Positions 61,855 to 64,000 of a stretch of 64,000 nt of DNA are shown here, piece by piece (position 1 is the first letter of the stretch; each line of letters starts with the position of its first letter). A program made the translations under genes and the position numbers. Under the pieces are notes generated by a model. It was not told the DNA's origin. It saw only the letters and a list, made by a program, of their open reading frames with translations, and ran no database searches. Source of the stretch: Elusimicrobiota bacterium (GTDB taxonomy: Bacteria; Elusimicrobiota; Elusimicrobia; UBA1565; UBA9628); contig JACQWX010000005.1 of the NCBI GenBank assembly GCA_016209035.1, positions 6,688 through 70,687 on the forward strand. The letters run 5' to 3'.

Positions 61855-63159
61855 TTAGAGCCGCGCGTAGAGCGGCAGGAAATGGAGCTTCCCCCGGCGC
61901 TCCGCGCGGACGTTCTCCGAGGACAGCACGACGGCCCTCCTGCAGGCTGGGTGCTCGGTGAGAAAGACCTGCAGGCTCCGCAGCCGTCCTGCCGGGCCGC
62001 TCTTCACCTCGACCGGGATGATCTCGCCGCGGCGCGAGAGCATGAAGTCCACCTCCGCCTCGGAGCTCTTGGCGGCCCGGCGCCAATAGTAAAGACGGTT
62101 GTTCTCCGAGCCATCTCCCCAGGAGAGCAATTGCTGTCCCACCAGTTGTTCGGCCACGGCCCCCCGGTAGACCGCGAGCAGGTCGCCTTGGGTGAGGATC
62201 TCCTTGGCCGGCAGCCCGCTGACATGCTGCATGAGGCCGACGTCGAGAAAGACGGCTTTGAACACCTTGGCGGACGCCGACGCCCCCAAGGGGAGGCCTT
62301 GGGCGGTCGTGGATCTGACCGCCTGCAGGATGCAAGCCTGCTCGAGGACCCGCAAGCAGATCTTGACCGTCTCGGTCCTGCTTTCCGGATCGAGGGAGGA
62401 GTACTTGATCTGGCAGCCGCAGAGACGGGGGAGCCGTTCGAAGACCTGCTGGAGGCAGTCCCGGTTGGCGCGCGGCGAATGCTTGGCGAAGTCCTGAAGA
62501 TACGCCGCGGCAAGGCTCCGATGAATCGAGGACACCTCGGCGAGGGAGCGCTTCTCCGAAAAAACGACGACGGCCTCGGGCATGCCGCCGATGACGGCGT
62601 AGAGCTTGAGCTGGTCGAGGAGCTTCCCATGGATCGCGTCCGGAACAGGGGCGGATTGCGCGAGGGAGGGGATGTGGCCGGCGAGGCGCTCCATGCCGGC
62701 CGCCCAGAGAAATTCTTCGAAGGAAAGAGGGCGCATCCATTCGAACTCGACGCGGCCCACCGGGAACGAGATGTCCTCCAAGGCGAACTCCAACAGGGAT
62801 CCGGCGGCAACGACATGCAGATCGGGCATTTCCTCATGAAAATATCGCAGCGCCATGAGCGCCCGGGGACACGCCTGGATCTCATCGAGGAAAAGGAGGG
62901 TCTCTCCGGGGACGAGCGGTTGACCTGTCGACGCCTCGATCAGGACCTTCAGGTGCCGTGCGGAAAGGTCGCTGCCGAAGATCTTGTGCAGGTTCCGGTC
63001 CTTTTCGAGATCAAGGATGATCTGGTATCGGAATTGCTCGCGGCCGAACCGAGTCACGGACCAGGTCTTGCCCACTTGACGGGCGCCGCGCATCACCAGA
63101 GGCTTGTGAAGAGGCCGGTTCTTCCACTCGATCAGGACAGACTCAATCTGCCGTTTCAC
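61855..63159 (-). CDS. AAA-family ATPase with DUF4143 C-terminal domain
   Basis: Walker A MRGARQVGKT; Walker B LLFLDEIQ; DUF4143-like C-terminus. Confidence 0.75.
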   Translation of the reverse strand: MKRQIESVLIEWKNRPLHKPLVMRGARQVGKTWSVTRFGREQFRYQIILDLEKDRNLHKIFGSDLSARHLKVLIEASTGQPLVPGETLLFLDEIQACPRALMALRYFHEEMPDLHVVAAGSLLEFALEDISFPVGRVEFEWMRPLSFEEFLWAAGMERLAGHIPSLAQSAPVPDAIHGKLLDQLKLYAVIGGMPEAVVVFSEKRSLAEVSSIHRSLAAAYLQDFAKHSPRANRDCLQQVFERLPRLCGCQIKYSSLDPESRTETVKICLRVLEQACILQAVRSTTAQGLPLGASASAKVFKAVFLDVGLMQHVSGLPAKEILTQGDLLAVYRGAVAEQLVGQQLLSWGDGSENNRLYYWRRAAKSSEAEVDFMLSRRGEIIPVEVKSGPAGRLRSLQVFLTEHPACRRAVVLSSENVRAERRGKLHFLPLYARL

Positions 63160-63234
63160 TGTAATTATACAGGAGTATTATGTCACTATTAATGTAATTA
63201 TACAACCAATTAATTACATTGTCAATGGGTCGTC
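63160..63234. promoter_or_regulatory. AT-rich promoter/operator region with three copies of TGTAATTA(TACA) (two direct, one inverted)
   Basis: ctGTAATTATACAgg ... atGTAATTATACAacc ... TAATTACAttg. Confidence 0.35.
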
Positions 63235-63999
63235 TCAAGCCTTGTGCTGGGGCCGCTCCTGGATGGAGTCGAGGCGGCAGGCCGCGCCCGGAGAGATTTC
63301 GGCCGCGTTGGCCTCGTCCGTGTCGAGGTGCAGCTCCAGCCTGAAGTCTGGGTGCACGCGCACGAGAACGTCGCCGTAGACGAGCGAGCGGGGCCCTTCG
63401 ACGCGCACGCGCACGACGTCCTTGTCGCGCAGGGCGAAGGCGAGGGCGTCCGCCGGCGACATGTGGATGTGGCGCCGGGCGTTGATGACGCCCTTGGTCA
63501 GCGTCACCGACCCCGCGGGGCCCTCGAGCGTGATGCCGGGACTCCCGACGATGTCCCCGGAGGCCCGGATCGGGGCGTCCAGGCCCAGCTTGAACTCCTC
63601 GGTCCGGGAAATCTCGACCTGGGACTCGGGCCTCACCGGGCCCAGCACGCGCACGCGCTCGATGCGGGCCTTGGGCCCCACCAGCGTCACAGCCTCCTCG
63701 GCCGCGAACTGCCCGGGCTGGGTCAGGTCCGAGTGCGGGGTGAGCGAGCGGCCGGCCCCGAAGAGGGCCGAAACGTGAGCCTGGGTGAGGTGGACATGGT
63801 GGGCGGAGACCCCGATGGGGATGGAGCTCTCCTTCCGGCTTTCGAGCACCTTGGCGACGCCCATGCGGCCGACGGCCTGGACGGACTGCCGGGCGATCAT
63901 GCGCTCCTCGTCCGTGCCGACCACGAGGACGCGCGTGCTCGATTCGCGGTCCGCGACGTCGACGACCTCTCCAGGCCCCACCTTGGCCGCCCGGTTCAA
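63235..63999 (-). CDS. PduL/EutD-like phosphate acyltransferase, 5'-partial (start beyond window end)
   Basis: ...IPIGVSAHHVHLTQAHVSALFG... and a second PTAC-like repeat. Confidence 0.55.
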   Translation of the reverse strand: MNRAAKVGPGEVVDVADRESSTRVLVVGTDEERMIARQSVQAVGRMGVAKVLESRKESSIPIGVSAHHVHLTQAHVSALFGAGRSLTPHSDLTQPGQFAAEEAVTLVGPKARIERVRVLGPVRPESQVEISRTEEFKLGLDAPIRASGDIVGSPGITLEGPAGSVTLTKGVINARRHIHMSPADALAFALRDKDVVRVRVEGPRSLVYGDVLVRVHPDFRLELHLDTDEANAAEISPGAACRLDSIQERPQHKA

Positions 64000-64000
64000 G

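Overview
The window is a GC-rich bacterial chromosomal segment (roughly two-thirds G+C by eye, not computed), densely coded on both strands. Genes are very often joined by 4-nt ATGA/GTGA stop-start overlaps. Long R/G/P-rich ORFs lie antisense to almost every real gene and were discarded. No rRNA and no CRISPR array were seen. All domain calls below come from motifs recognised by eye in the translations; no BLAST or HMM search was run.

(1) 1-12985: an integrated phage-like element. It carries a Prim-Pol/D5 primase-helicase, an SF2 helicase, a DUF669-like protein, a Sak4-like ATPase, a PD-(D/E)xK exonuclease, an ECF-type sigma factor, a LexA-family S24 repressor, a NYN-domain protein, and a large serine recombinase whose ORF runs into the 3' end of tRNA-Asp(GTC).

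(2) 13.0-25.3 kb: a giant (about 1300 aa) secreted membrane protein built from three diverged tandem copies of a polytopic module. It is followed by tRNA-Val(TAC), a RelE/Phd toxin-antitoxin pair, an unusually long GlmS-like protein, and a translationally coupled YfhO-type membrane operon.

(3) 25.4-40.3 kb is the most interesting region. A CHASE2 Ser/Thr kinase, a PP2C phosphatase and a dual-FHA protein sit next to an outer-membrane beta-barrel/TPR gene that is interrupted by one in-frame TAG. Then comes a tightly coupled operon: a membrane-anchored FliF-like/FliG-like/TPR fusion protein, a 673-aa Pro-rich coiled-coil protein, FlbD, MotA, MotB and a lipoprotein. No other flagellar genes are in view. 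This is a candidate novel stator-driven machine; it could also be a dispersed flagellar locus.

(4) 40.3-64 kb: envelope and cofactor housekeeping (Ddl, AsmA-like, PBP1A, YtxH, alr-nadA-nadE coupled to an ankyrin lipoprotein), a TetR regulator, coiled-coil proteins, an OM beta-barrel, a DUF4143 AAA ATPase and a partial PduL-like gene.

Two copies of a ~260-bp nested-palindromic MITE-like repeat family (41393-41651 and 57012-57277) each fill an intergenic gap exactly. A 26-bp perfect inverted repeat with tandem 8-mer iterons sits at 39758-39863. Several promoters place the -10 hexamer only 4-7 nt from the start codon, which suggests leaderless mRNAs.
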